From a virus (Duplodnaviria > Caudoviricetes): DNA of 55,319 nt. Position 1 is the stretch's first letter. Each line of letters begins with the position of its first letter. The notes beneath the pieces were generated by a model that saw only the letters and a list, made by a program, of their open reading frames with translations, did no database searches and had not been told where the DNA came from. The DNA lies in the IMG/VR virus record IMGVR_UViG_3300036835_000046, positions 1-55,319 of that record, one strand, 5' to 3'. The translations under genes were made by a program, and so were the position numbers. Positions 55,305-55,319 of the stretch are shown here, one piece after another.

Positions 55305-55319
55305 CCACCGTTGAAGCGC

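Noticed and set aside
1-55319. Prophage boundaries, integrase or att site; alternative genetic code
   Set aside because: No integrase or host genes were seen; TAG, TGA and TAA all terminate genes at sensible junctions.

Overview
This is about 55 kb of a high-GC tailed dsDNA phage genome; no integrase or host housekeeping genes are visible. The likely host is a Thermoleophilia/Solirubrobacterales actinobacterium, inferred from motifs in secreted proteins. A + strand 'early' arm (1341-28966) holds about 60 mostly tiny hypothetical genes plus a histone-H1-like protein, an ArdA-like protein, a UvrD-like helicase, HTH regulators and a large secreted protein. It converges at about 29.0-29.3 kb on a - strand arm carrying DnaE, RecA-like and UvsY-like proteins, a Cas4-like nuclease, RuvC, TerS/TerL, a portal-MuF fusion, CHAP endolysin and holin, a cupin, Dcd, MazG and small basic/acidic proteins. 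No major capsid or tail genes are recognisable in the window. The strongest unexplained signals are: (1) a ~1 kb ORF-free, densely base-paired candidate giant ncRNA at the start of the early arm, with repeated CCACCAU loops and a tRNA-like T-arm at its 3' end, plus further structured-RNA islands; (2) a window-wide excess of the palindrome TGWCA that is written into synonymous codon positions; (3) a GCGCA/TGCGC block at the divergence point; (4) an H1-like ORF with duplicated internal start sites; (5) several apparently dual-coded regions. All calls come from reading motifs by eye; counts are approximate hand counts and no searches were run.
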